Source of the DNA: an uncultured Oscillospiraceae bacterium
GTDB taxonomy: Bacteria > Bacillota > Clostridia > Saccharofermentanales > UBA5734
Direction: 5' to 3'
Length of the DNA stretch: 64,000 nucleotides
NCBI GenBank assembly: GCA_964652975.1
Contig: CAZZCN010000001.1
Span: forward strand, 27,191 to 91,190
The notes under the pieces are model-generated. The model was not told the DNA's origin, did not search any database, and saw only the letters and a program-made list of their open reading frames with translations. The position numbers and the translations under genes are program-made. Below are positions 20,042 through 29,945 of the stretch, piece after piece. Position 1 is the stretch's first letter, and each line of letters opens with the position of its first letter.

Positions 20042-23000
20042 CTAAATGTTTTGGTTTATTGATGCAACACCGATAATTTCTTTTTTCACAGCTACCAGAT
20101 CACTTATAGTTACGCTTCCCTTGTTTTTTGTATCAGCCGCCTTGAAAGCAATTCCTGCCAAGGTGCTGCTCTTAAGTAAATGAGATTTAACAGCCGCCAG
20201 ATCAGAGACATCTATTGTACCGGTCTTGTCAACGTCTCCATATATAACAGCAGTTTGGTATGATAATTGGCCGTCAATATTAAAAACAATCCTTGTGCCG
20301 GTTGATACCAGGGCTGAGTTCCCAAGTGTGCTTGATCCGTTTTTAAGTGTTACTTCAGATGAAACTTTTGTCAAACTGCTGATAAAGCCTCCAACAGTTG
20401 TGTTTTTCGAAATATTACTTACATAGCCATTTGACTGTTTATAACTGCCCATACCAACCGAAGGAGTTGGACGATATAGGAAATTAGGAGTTCCAAATAT
20501 TGTATTTGCAATTTTTGTGTCTTTAATATAATCTGTACCCGCCAGGAAAATATTGGTTGAAATATTAATTCCGGTATCAGAAGTTATCGCCACAGTGCTA
20601 CCTGCCAGTCCCTTATCGTAGAATTTGGGATTGTTGGCAGAAGTATCATATACCACAAGGTATTTTTCACCACCAGTCAATTTTAACGGAGATTGTAGCT
20701 GAGTATAATTGAATCCATCTGATCTGACAGTATTTAAATTGATGTTTATCACTGAAGAACCTACTAATACTGTGTTTGCTGCGGAAATGGAATCAGTTCC
20801 ATCAGTCAGCACTTTATAAACATATTCGGTTGTTTGAGTTGCACCTTCAAAATACGGTGCTCCCAGATGAGATACAGTTATATCACCTGATGGAGAGAAC
20901 ATGAACCCGAGTTGACCGGTATAATCATTTCTTATTCCGAATTTAGCTCTGTCAAAATTCTGTATAGCCATACGTATTGGATTTTGTTGTGAAATATCAA
21001 TATTCCGGTAATATAACCCATCACTCGGGTAGTTTGAGCAATATGCAATAAAAGCCGAACTGTTATCAACAACCAGGGAACTTAGCATAGCCGAGTAATT
21101 TGCATTAGGAACAAAAGTAACCGCCTGCTCATTGGTCCATGAAACATTATTCCCGTTTACCGAACCTGTCATACAATAGCTCTTGGAATAAACATCACCG
21201 TTATAAATATTGTCCTTGTCACTTTGGAACGTCAGAAGAAGGTCTCCATTCGGCAGGCTGGTGATATATGGCGCATTTGTGCGTTTATCTGTTACAACCG
21301 GTGTGTAGATAATTTTGCCTTCTGCGGACCAGTCTGTCCCGTTGCTTGATATTTTGTACTTAAGCCCGTATTTGGCTGGTAAAAGGTCTGTACACTCATA
21401 TACAGTGATATATCTTCCGTCAGCCAGCTGTGTAAATACCGGCATGCCATCTCTTGAAGTGGTTGAAGATGTTACGTTGGAAGCACTGCTCCACCCGGTT
21501 GAAGGATTATAAGTTTTCATTTGAATGTACTGATATGAACCATCTGAAAGTGTGCTCGCCCCGTCATTTGCATACATGCATACTATGTTTCCGCCTATCT
21601 TCCCGATAACCGGCTCCCACACTCCCCTGAAGTCCGTTGCAGTCTCGCTTGCTATTATCGCACCTGTCGAAAGCGGGTTCCATGTTGCACCATTATCTGT
21701 GCTCTCTTTAACTTTCAAAGAGGTATACCAGGTTCCCGAACTTTGATAGCTAACCCTGTAGGAACACCAGATATTTCCGTTGTCAAGCACAAACAATTCA
21801 GCAGTGGAGCAGCTCTTGCCGCTCTCACTGGCAATAACAACCGGAGTCGTACTGAAGCTTTGTCCCCCGTTGTCTGAATAGACCACTTTAACACTGGTTA
21901 CGTTGACATCGTCTTCATTGGTATCAAAAGTACACAATATTCTGCCGTTGCCTAGTTTCTCCATACGCGGGTAAAATACTCCATTTGCTGATGGTTTATA
22001 GATTGTTGAAATGCTGCTGCTCAAAGTGCTGCTATCATAATCATTGAAAAGCCCTGACTGTCTTGTAAACTTGAAAGTGGGTTTTGCAAATGAATAATTG
22101 TCTCCACTTATACCGGTTTCAACCGCAAAATAAGTTACGCCATCGCCATAAATGGAATTCAAAATGTTTATGGCAGGCTCTGGTACCGGTTTTGTTATCT
22201 TGTCATAGAAAGTTGGGTAATTTGCATCCGAAATCAACACCAAAGCATAATTCTTACCGGGTACCAATCTAGGCGGAGCCGAAGGATAGAGCGTAGTGCT
22301 GTAATTGTAGCCGTATTTGTCAACTGTCAAGGCATCGTTGTATACCAAGGCAGCCGAAATCTCGGTGAAATTTGCAGGATTCAAGTTCCCCGTTGCGGCA
22401 CCGCTGTATTCAAATATTTTGACCGTTGTGAATGCGTTTCCAGGGATATATGGGGCTCCAAGCGATGTTACAGAAACAGTTTCATTGACTGTAAAACGAG
22501 TGCCTACATATCCATAAAAGCCATTGGTCGGAAAATAACTTGTCAGTCCTGGATTTGTCATCATATCGGTTGTCTTGGTCTTATTAAAAGTAAATGTTGG
22601 CTTTGCAAATGAGTAGTTGTCACCCGCTTCGCCTGACTCAATCATAAAGTACGTAGATCCGTCGCCAAAAACCGAGTTTTCGACGGTAACAACTGAGTTG
22701 GCCACCGGTTTTGTAATCTTGTCATAAAATGTTTTGTAATTCACGTCGGCAATCAACACAATCAGATAGTTACGGTTCGGTAAAAGTATCACAGGCTGCA
22801 CAGGAACGATCTCTGTGCTGTAGTTGTAACCGTTTTCGTCGGTTGTCGCAGAATTACTAAGTACGATGCCTGCCGACAGTTCAGTGAAATTTGAATATGC
22901 AATATTCCCAGTTGGGCCACCTGAATATTCGAAGATTTTGACGGTTGTTGCTGAATTGCCTTCTATGTATGGCGCTCCAAAAGATGTTACAGTAACCGGT

Positions 23001-23179
23001 TCTTTTACTGTAAAACGGCATCCAACGTAACCATAGAAAGTGTTCGTCGGATAAAAATTTGTCAACCCGGGGCTTTCCAGCATGTTTTGCCGGACGGTTG
23101 TTGCATAAATACTGCCGTTAAACAACGACATTACCAACACAAGCACTAAAAAGACCGCTAAACAATTTTTCTTTTTCAT
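20042..23179 (-). CDS. Secreted modular glycoside hydrolase: 2x DUF4082-like (B1), GH93/BNR-like propeller, DUF4082-like (B2), pre-dockerin module, dockerin
   Basis: YPRMEKL, Asp-boxes SDNGGQSF and STDNGATW, VWEP, RDGMP; repeats FYGYVGxRFTV..FAKPTF; dockerin GDVDKTGTIDVSDL..AADTKNKGSVTISDL. ATG 23179 has AGGAG RBS; in-frame TTG at 23206. Confidence 0.8.
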   Translation of the reverse strand: MKKKNCLAVFLVLVLVMSLFNGSIYATTVRQNMLESPGLTNFYPTNTFYGYVGCRFTVKEPVTVTSFGAPYIEGNSATTVKIFEYSGGPTGNIAYSNFTELSAGIVLSNSATTDENGYNYSTEIVPVQPVILLPNRNYLIVLIADVNYKTFYDKITKPVANSVVTVENSVFGDGSTYFMIESGEAGDNYSFAKPTFTFNKTKTTDMMTNPGLTSYFPTNGFYGYVGTRFTVNETVSVTSLGAPYIPGNAFTTVKIFEYSGAATGNLNPANFTEISAALVYNDALTVDKYGYNYSTTLYPSAPPRLVPGKNYALVLISDANYPTFYDKITKPVPEPAINILNSIYGDGVTYFAVETGISGDNYSFAKPTFKFTRQSGLFNDYDSSTLSSSISTIYKPSANGVFYPRMEKLGNGRILCTFDTNEDDVNVTSVKVVYSDNGGQSFSTTPVVIASESGKSCSTAELFVLDNGNIWCSYRVSYQSSGTWYTSLKVKESTDNGATWNPLSTGAIIASETATDFRGVWEPVIGKIGGNIVCMYANDGASTLSDGSYQYIQMKTYNPSTGWSSASNVTSSTTSRDGMPVFTQLADGRYITVYECTDLLPAKYGLKYKISSNGTDWSAEGKIIYTPVVTDKRTNAPYITSLPNGDLLLTFQSDKDNIYNGDVYSKSYCMTGSVNGNNVSWTNEQAVTFVPNANYSAMLSSLVVDNSSAFIAYCSNYPSDGLYYRNIDISQQNPIRMAIQNFDRAKFGIRNDYTGQLGFMFSPSGDITVSHLGAPYFEGATQTTEYVYKVLTDGTDSISAANTVLVGSSVININLNTVRSDGFNYTQLQSPLKLTGGEKYLVVYDTSANNPKFYDKGLAGSTVAITSDTGINISTNIFLAGTDYIKDTKIANTIFGTPNFLYRPTPSVGMGSYKQSNGYVSNISKNTTVGGFISSLTKVSSEVTLKNGSSTLGNSALVSTGTRIVFNIDGQLSYQTAVIYGDVDKTGTIDVSDLAAVKSHLLKSSTLAGIAFKAADTKNKGSVTISDLVAVKKEIIGVASINQNI

Positions 23180-23333
23180 TTTTTTACACTCCTTCTTTTT
23201 TAACAATTTTGATAACTACCTATTTTTAATTTTTTAAATATATTTTGAAAATATATTTTGCCGGTAATTGTATATTTGAAAAGCGATTAGTATGATATCG
23301 CGGCAAAATAAAAAGTTTTGGTGAGACTGTATA

Positions 23334-24827
23334 CTATCGTTCAATAGAATTGCTTTCTTTGAGCCGTTTCAGCACAGTATAGAGAAGATATGCGGTCACG
23401 CCTATAAAGATTGCTACAAATATGACGAAAATTATTGTAAGTGTGTTTCCGTTGTTTTTACCTCCCTTAGAATTTCCGCCTCCGCTTGAATTGATGTCAG
23501 AATAATCTTTTAAACTGTCCGATCCGGAAATATTTCCATCGGATTTATAATCTGAAACATTGTCAGGTGCAGATGTGGTATTGCTGTCTATCTTGCTTTC
23601 TTTTATCTGGCTTCTGTTATTATTTGACACGCTTGATTTGATTTCCAAATAAGTTCCGGTCTTCATATAAAGTCCGGGCGATGGTTCGTTGGTGGTACAG
23701 AATGCGAGGATTTTACCATCTCCTATGTCAACACTGCTGGGCATCGTAGACCATTTTGTATCCGGAACCGGAAAGAGTTTGTATCGTGTACCCCATACCA
23801 CACTGCTCCCGCTAAGCCAGCCTTCTATTGCATAACTGCTGGATGCCTGAGTTCCAAATGAGATTTGATTGTCGTTATCCGACTGAAAAGTACATAGGAG
23901 CCGTCCGTCACCAAGTTGAGTTATAAACGGAGCGTTATTGACTCTTCCCGGATTTGGAGTGTCCAGTATGGACCTTTCCCCTGTCCAATCCCTGCCGTCA
24001 GGTGATAGTTTGTATTTCAGACCAAAGAGCGATGGCTGAGTGTCTGTACTTTCAAACACAACTATGTAACGTCCGTCTTTCAACCTAGTCCATACCGGCA
24101 TGCCATCACGGGAGTCTCCGGGCGCAGAGACAATTATCTGCTGGCTCCATTTGCCGTTTTCCCATTTTTTCGCCAGTATGTTTTGTGAGCTGCCAGTAAC
24201 ATCTACCCTGTCTGAATCATCGCAGTACATGACATAAAGGTCTGTTCCAGAATAATATGGATGCGGTTCCCAGATTCCTCCGAATCTTCCGGCTGAGAAT
24301 GTCTCATCAACAACTGCTCCTGTTGGCTGCTTCTGCCATGAAAGTCCGCCATCCTTGCTGACACTGAATTCTATCCTGGTATGCCAGTCGCTGCCGTTCT
24401 CCGCCTTCCAGCTAAGTCTGTAAAAACACCAGATTTCACCATTTGAGGTTTGTAAGAGTGACGGAGTGGCGCAAGTCACGTTTTCTTGTTCCCTGACAAC
24501 TACCGCACCGCTCCATGTCTCACCAAGATTTTCACTTTTAATGAGTTTTATTTTTGTTGCGCCATAAGAGTCTTCGTCTGTGTCAAATGCTACAAGCAGC
24601 TTTTTGTCACTTGTAAGAAGCGGTCTTGGATAATAGGCATTAAAAAGTCTCGGGGTATATATTTTTCTTGCCTCACTCCATACTATGGTGTTCGATGCGC
24701 TGATAACAGGTATATGTAAAGAGTTCAAAATCCCACCTGCTGATACAATCAAAAATGATAATACAATAAGCGCAGCACTATAGCGTTTTTTTCCTGTTTT
24801 TGCGTTTTTACAGTTTAATTCCGTCAT
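23334..24827 (-). CDS. Membrane-anchored GH93/BNR-like glycoside hydrolase, paralogue of the propeller in 20042-23179
   Basis: YYPR, SENLGETW, SKDGGLSW, IWEP, RDGMP, NAPFI; Ser/Gly linker and C-terminal TM with basic tail. Confidence 0.8.
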   Translation of the reverse strand: MTELNCKNAKTGKKRYSAALIVLSFLIVSAGGILNSLHIPVISASNTIVWSEARKIYTPRLFNAYYPRPLLTSDKKLLVAFDTDEDSYGATKIKLIKSENLGETWSGAVVVREQENVTCATPSLLQTSNGEIWCFYRLSWKAENGSDWHTRIEFSVSKDGGLSWQKQPTGAVVDETFSAGRFGGIWEPHPYYSGTDLYVMYCDDSDRVDVTGSSQNILAKKWENGKWSQQIIVSAPGDSRDGMPVWTRLKDGRYIVVFESTDTQPSLFGLKYKLSPDGRDWTGERSILDTPNPGRVNNAPFITQLGDGRLLCTFQSDNDNQISFGTQASSSYAIEGWLSGSSVVWGTRYKLFPVPDTKWSTMPSSVDIGDGKILAFCTTNEPSPGLYMKTGTYLEIKSSVSNNNRSQIKESKIDSNTTSAPDNVSDYKSDGNISGSDSLKDYSDINSSGGGNSKGGKNNGNTLTIIFVIFVAIFIGVTAYLLYTVLKRLKESNSIER

Positions 24828-24828
24828 T

Positions 24829-26241
24829 TTAGTTGCCTTCCACAAACGTTGCTTTTCTTTTACTTAATTTGGCAATTGCAGCTGTCAGTAAAGCCACAAG
24901 TAGAATTATCAATGATTTTACAACACCGGAATCTGATGTCTGTGCATTGTCGTCGGAATTCTCCTGGCTTCCGGAAACAGTATCGGTTGTTTTAATTTTA
25001 AACAGGAAATTGGGCGTTCCAAATGTCCTGCCCGGTTGAGCCAGATCATAAACAGTATATGCGCCATCTGATACAAGGTTTGTCTCACCACCGACACTGT
25101 ACGAAGGAGATATGATTTGAATTGCGGAATTTGTGGTGTCAGTTACGACTGAAGCTGCTCCGTTCGGATAGTAAAGTGAAGGATATGTCTGGGTATTGCT
25201 GGTCATCTGAATTAAATATGTTTTTCCTTTTAACAGCTCAATTCCATTCGCCAGCAAAGCATAGTTGAATCCCATAGAGTCTTTTGACTGTGAGTTGACT
25301 GTTACATTCGCAGTTGCGAGCAGCTGCAGATTGGAAGCGGGAATGGTGGCACCTACATCAGGAAGTTTGGCATTCACAAGGTAGAGATTTACTTTCGATC
25401 CCGTTGCATTGGCAATTGCAGGAACGCCAAGCGATGTCACTGTTATTCCATCTTTTTGTGCGGTAAAAACGTAACCCGCTTCTCCGATATGTACTCCGCT
25501 GGTGACAAGACTGTGTTTGGTGGTATCAAATTCCGCTAAAGCAGAACTCAAGTCCGCTGCCTCTGATTCTGAAGAAGACGAAGCAACCGAAGATGTCTGT
25601 GATGATGAAATCGATGATGAGCTTGTCGAGGACACCGTGGAGGAGGTTGTAACGCTATTAAATGTAAAAGTTGGTTTTGCAAAAAAGTAGCCGTTACCAA
25701 ACTCGCCGGATTCTACAATATACACTTCATCGTTTGCAAAAACAGAATTTTTGATTGTTATTATCGGATTGGTTTGTGAGAAAGTTATTTTGTCATAAAA
25801 CAGTGGATAATTTGTTGGATCTGAAGTAAGTAGGATAAAATAATTCTTCCCTGTTGACAAAGTCACCCCGGTACTAAGCGCCGTGTAATTGTATCCGAGT
25901 GAATCTTTTGTCGAACTATTGGTTGGTACAACTGCTGAAGCAATATTGCTAACCGCCGAAGGTGCAAGGTTACCACTAACAGTTCCGCTGACCTCGGCAA
26001 TTCTTACCGTTGTCGATGTGTTGCCGGCAATGTAAGGCGCGCCAAGAGAGGTTACTGTAATTTCTTCAGACACGGTAAAATAGCATCCCACATAGCCGTA
26101 AAATGTGTTTGCAGGATATAAATTCGTCAATCCTGGATTGTTCATCATGTTTGACACAACCGTATCCGCGTAGAGTCCTGTTGTCAAGGTTGTTGAGATA
26201 ACAACAATCAAGGCAAGAACCAATAATGATTTTCTTTTCAT
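24829..26241 (-). CDS. Surface protein with B1+B2 DUF4082-like modules and sortase-like sorting signal
   Basis: NPGLTNLYPANTFYGYVGCYFTV..FAKPTF; GEAGYVFTA..FGTPNF; NAQTSD + hydrophobic helix + KRK; ATG 26241 has GGAGG RBS. Confidence 0.75.
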   Translation of the reverse strand: MKRKSLLVLALIVVISTTLTTGLYADTVVSNMMNNPGLTNLYPANTFYGYVGCYFTVSEEITVTSLGAPYIAGNTSTTVRIAEVSGTVSGNLAPSAVSNIASAVVPTNSSTKDSLGYNYTALSTGVTLSTGKNYFILLTSDPTNYPLFYDKITFSQTNPIITIKNSVFANDEVYIVESGEFGNGYFFAKPTFTFNSVTTSSTVSSTSSSSISSSQTSSVASSSSESEAADLSSALAEFDTTKHSLVTSGVHIGEAGYVFTAQKDGITVTSLGVPAIANATGSKVNLYLVNAKLPDVGATIPASNLQLLATANVTVNSQSKDSMGFNYALLANGIELLKGKTYLIQMTSNTQTYPSLYYPNGAASVVTDTTNSAIQIISPSYSVGGETNLVSDGAYTVYDLAQPGRTFGTPNFLFKIKTTDTVSGSQENSDDNAQTSDSGVVKSLIILLVALLTAAIAKLSKRKATFVEGN

Positions 26242-26319
26242 AATACACCTCCATTTAAGATTTTTTATATAACACCGGCTGGCCTTGCCGGTAAATCTAT
26301 ACATTGGTTATTATCGTAA

Positions 26320-27300
26320 TTATTTGAATTTTCTTTTTACTATAAAAATTATTACAATCATCCCTGCAGTAAGAATGGCTACGATAATCAATCCAAATAT
26401 AACTATCAGATTGCTGTTATTGGAATCGTCCGATTTATCCGGCTGTGAAGTGACGACCGGGACAGACTCCTGCGATGATGCAACAGAATCCATGGAAATT
26501 TCCACCTCATCTACACTGATGTCGACTTCGCTCGATGTTGTCGCAGAGGATGATACAATCGAATCTGCTTTTGATGCTGTAGAAGATGATGAAGCCTGGA
26601 TTGATGCAGGTTTTGATATTTGAGACGAATTTACTGTGTAAGTAAAATCAGGAATACCAAATGCAACCTGCGGCTTGCTTCTATCCAGAAGAAGATTCGC
26701 CCCTTCTCTTACAAGATTGAATTTCTCTGTGTTGTCGACATTAAGGACAAAAGTTGCAGACAAAATCCTGACTTCCTCGGATGTAAGTATTGGTATTGTT
26801 GTGGCATTCATACCGCTGTTGTAAAACTTCATACAGTCAAATTCGTCAAACTTTCCTGTAACATATGTCATGTAATATTCGGTGTCTTTTGTGAGTGCAA
26901 AAGGTTTGCTAAGTTTTACACTTACATAGCCCTTTGAGTTTGGAGTCTTGCCTGCAAAACTAAAAGGAACAGTCTGGACAAGCTCAACTTCCTTGGGGAG
27001 TGTCATTGTATCTTGTGAACTTTTGACCTTGGCTTTGTATATGAAAAGTTTTGTTTTTATATTTTCTTTGAAATATGGTAAAGATACGGAATTAATGCTT
27101 ATGTCAGCCTTTGGTGTAAACAGGAATCCAATTTCTCCGGCAAAGTCTTCACGGATATTGTATCTGCTTTTCTCAAAGGTTGTTATTGCACTCTTTTCTG
27201 TCAATGCCAATGAACTGGACATAAGAAGGCACACGGTGCACACAATTACCACAATCATTGTTGATACGATTTTAATGGAAAAGTTTTTTGAATTTTTCAT
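26320..27300 (-). CDS. Membrane-anchored protein with a single B2 DUF4082-like module
   Basis: IREDFAGEIGFLFTP..FGIPDF matches IRNDYTGQLGFMFSP..FGTPNF of the dockerin protein; Ser-rich linker, TM, KRKFK. Confidence 0.75.
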   Translation of the reverse strand: MKNSKNFSIKIVSTMIVVIVCTVCLLMSSSLALTEKSAITTFEKSRYNIREDFAGEIGFLFTPKADISINSVSLPYFKENIKTKLFIYKAKVKSSQDTMTLPKEVELVQTVPFSFAGKTPNSKGYVSVKLSKPFALTKDTEYYMTYVTGKFDEFDCMKFYNSGMNATTIPILTSEEVRILSATFVLNVDNTEKFNLVREGANLLLDRSKPQVAFGIPDFTYTVNSSQISKPASIQASSSSTASKADSIVSSSATTSSEVDISVDEVEISMDSVASSQESVPVVTSQPDKSDDSNNSNLIVIFGLIIVAILTAGMIVIIFIVKRKFK

Positions 27301-27397
27301 TTTTATCCTCCGTTTTCTGCTTGTTATAATATGTTCTTTTGGTTTTTTAATATCTGTAATACTTCTTTTTTTAATGTTCTTGTTCTTTCATTTGTTG

Positions 27398-27480
27398 CTG
27401 TTCTTTTGGTTCTTTCGGTTTTTTAGGTTCTTTGGATTCTTTCGGTTTTTTTAGGTCCTTTGGGTTCTTTGGGTTCTTTA
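27398..27480. repeat. Degenerate 9-nt tandem repeat
   Basis: About 8-9 copies of GGTTCTTTN-like units; reads KEP/KKP/KNP on the minus strand. Confidence 0.75.
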
Positions 27481-27537
27481 AGAGCTTTTCCTTTTTTTCA
27501 GACTTTTTATTCTTCTTATAATTATTGTCTGTATTTT

Positions 27538-28770
27538 TTATATCTGGTCTTTCCCGCAAAGAGCAGGGAGTTTAGAGCAGTCATAGTAAGCATCAAGCAT
27601 AGCCTTCAAGTGGTGTTCCGGTACATCAGCCGGAATATTGTGGACCCCTGCAAAAATATACCCGCCCCCCTTTGACAATTCTGATATGTTTCTGTGTACC
27701 CTGGCATAAACTGTCTCATAGGTATCAGATGCAGGATTCTCAACGGAATCGTAACTGCCACCCCAGAAAATCAACTTTTCACCGTATTTGTCTTTTAAGT
27801 TACCTGCGTCCATTCCTGCTGCAGAAACCTGCACAGGGTTTAGAATATCGAGGCCGCACTCAATAAGATCGGGAATGATTTCACTAATGGCACCACATGA
27901 ATGGAGCGAAATTTTCATTTCTGTAGTCTTTTTCCATCCATCAAAGTATTTCTTGTAAATCGGCTTGTATACTTCTCTCCATTTTTCTGCACCTATGATT
28001 ACACCCCTTGAATCTCCAAAGTCATGGGCAACCCCCAAAATATTGCAATATCTGCCTATGGCCTGGTCAAGCTGCTTCAATTGTGACAGTCCGGCTTCAC
28101 ACCCTTTGTTTACAAACTCTGCGGCCTTTTCAGGTTCAGCAGCAAGATACATCCACCACGTGCTGAAACCTCCCGGTTGTACCTGAAGATCCTCTATGAT
28201 TTCTCCACATGCAATTGAATATTCCGTGTTGTCATATAGCCACTTCGCCTGATTTTCAAGCTGTCTTAAGTATGCATCGGGTAGTTGTGGAGAAGGGTTG
28301 TAGTCCTTGGGGTCAAGTTCATCAATATCCACTTCAGGCTTGGATCGGTCGGGTATTTCGTCAAAATAAAATCCGCCTGCAGGACAGTGCCAGTTGAAAT
28401 TTTTCCAGTAGATACTTCCGTTTTCTTTTTTCTCGAAAATCCAGCTATCCGGTGCACTGAAGCTTTTGCCCCATAGTTCAATCTCTTTCCAAAATTTTGA
28501 GGAATCAGCCCCCCAAAGAGGAGATGGACAGAGTTTTGAAGAAAGCATTACAATATCTCCGCCTGCTTTTTCGAGATAATCAAGTTCTCCAACAGCGTTC
28601 GTCATAAAAGTATAGAGTCTGGATTTTCCTTCACCAAGGCCGATAATCTTCCGCAAACGCTCATAAGCCAGAAGATGAAATCCGGCAGTCTCGCTTCCAC
28701 CAAGCCCGAATGGAATTTTGTCTGTTGTCTGTCGTGACAGCAATGCCGCCACTCTTTCTCTTGAATTCAT
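27538..28770 (-). CDS. Uroporphyrinogen decarboxylase / MtaA-CmuA methyltransferase-like family protein
   Basis: MNSRERV N-terminus, DFG, HSCGAI..IIPDLIECGLDILNPVQ, FWGG, GGGYIFAGVHNI. Confidence 0.88.
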   Translation of the reverse strand: MNSRERVAALLSRQTTDKIPFGLGGSETAGFHLLAYERLRKIIGLGEGKSRLYTFMTNAVGELDYLEKAGGDIVMLSSKLCPSPLWGADSSKFWKEIELWGKSFSAPDSWIFEKKENGSIYWKNFNWHCPAGGFYFDEIPDRSKPEVDIDELDPKDYNPSPQLPDAYLRQLENQAKWLYDNTEYSIACGEIIEDLQVQPGGFSTWWMYLAAEPEKAAEFVNKGCEAGLSQLKQLDQAIGRYCNILGVAHDFGDSRGVIIGAEKWREVYKPIYKKYFDGWKKTTEMKISLHSCGAISEIIPDLIECGLDILNPVQVSAAGMDAGNLKDKYGEKLIFWGGSYDSVENPASDTYETVYARVHRNISELSKGGGYIFAGVHNIPADVPEHHLKAMLDAYYDCSKLPALCGKDQI

Positions 28771-28912
28771 AAATTTTCCTGTTCCGCACAACAGCATTTA
28801 GTGTGCTAATATATTCAAAAATCGGTTTTAATTTTCAATGTTTCTAATTCCTGGACAAGTATTTCAGTTTAATCATTCAAGTCTGCCAATATTTCGAATT
28901 CAGGTCTGCAAA

Positions 28913-29770
28913 TCAGATTTTCATACCCGAAGTTGACAATGTATCTACAAAGTAACGTTGAAAAGTCAGGAACACAATCAGTACAGGCAAAATCGCCAGA
29001 ACTGATGCAACCATTATGAGTGCCATGTCTGTCTGAGACACATATTGCGATTTCAAATTGCTGATAAGAACCTGTATTGTAAAGTTTTCGGGCGAATTGA
29101 GATATATAATAGGTCCCAGATAATCATTCCATACTCCCATGAACCACATTACAACTTGAACGGCAATCGCTGGTTTTATAATCGGAAACATCACTCTTGA
29201 ATATAGTCCGAAGGCCGAGCATCCATCTATACGGCCTGCTTCAAACAATTCATTGGGTATTCCTGTCATAAACTGTCGCAGGAAAAATATCATTCCGATG
29301 TTACCGAAAAGCCCTGGCACTATCAAAGGAAGAAGAGTATCTGTCCACCCCAGTTCTGTAAAAAGTGCGAACTGCGGAAGCATTACCACTGCAAATGGAA
29401 GCATTATCGTTGAAAGAAGCGCTATAAAAAGTTTGTCGCCATGTGGAAGCCGCATCTTTGAAAAAGAGAATGCCGCCAATGAAGATGTAAAAGTCCCTAT
29501 TGTAATTACAGGTAATGCAACCAGAAAACTGTTCTTAAATCCTACAATCAAGTCGGCATCTTTCCAAACACTTAGATATTTGCCGAAATCAGGTTTGGAA
29601 GGTATTAGATTTATGGTAATACTGTAAATTTCCTCGATGGATTTTAGCGATGTCGACACCATCCACAGAAATGGAAACACCATGGTTACTCCAAAAGCAG
29701 AAAGAAAGACTATTCGCAAAATGGTTTGCATTGCAATTTTTGTATTGGCTTTTTTTCTTCTTGTCTGCAT
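28913..29770 (-). CDS. Carbohydrate ABC transporter permease (MalG-like)
   Basis: FFLRQFMTGIPNELFEAGRIDG; WNDYLGP. Confidence 0.93.
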   Translation of the reverse strand: MQTRRKKANTKIAMQTILRIVFLSAFGVTMVFPFLWMVSTSLKSIEEIYSITINLIPSKPDFGKYLSVWKDADLIVGFKNSFLVALPVITIGTFTSSLAAFSFSKMRLPHGDKLFIALLSTIMLPFAVVMLPQFALFTELGWTDTLLPLIVPGLFGNIGMIFFLRQFMTGIPNELFEAGRIDGCSAFGLYSRVMFPIIKPAIAVQVVMWFMGVWNDYLGPIIYLNSPENFTIQVLISNLKSQYVSQTDMALIMVASVLAILPVLIVFLTFQRYFVDTLSTSGMKI

Positions 29771-29789
29771 CGGTTCTCCCCACTTGATA

Positions 29790-29945
29790 TTTCTTTATCT
29801 CTGTAGCTCTATATCTTTGTTATATCTGTATATCTGTATATCTGTATCTGTGTTATCTAAGCATCTGTGTATCCGTGTATCTTGGTAATTCTGTAATCTC
29901 TACCTCTGTATTTCTTTACTTATATATCTCTATATTTCTGTATCA
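29790..29945. repeat. Low-complexity degenerate (ATCTGTAT)-like repeat between two permease genes
   Basis: tatatctgta tatctgtata tctgtatctg tgttatct.. atctgtgt atccgtgtat; similar to the last codons of the upstream permease. Confidence 0.65.

Noticed and set aside
27371-27559. 62-aa Lys/Pro/Glu-rich ORF
   Set aside because: It overlaps the URO-D 3' end, has no clear RBS, and stays open because of the 9-nt repeat; treated as a repeat.
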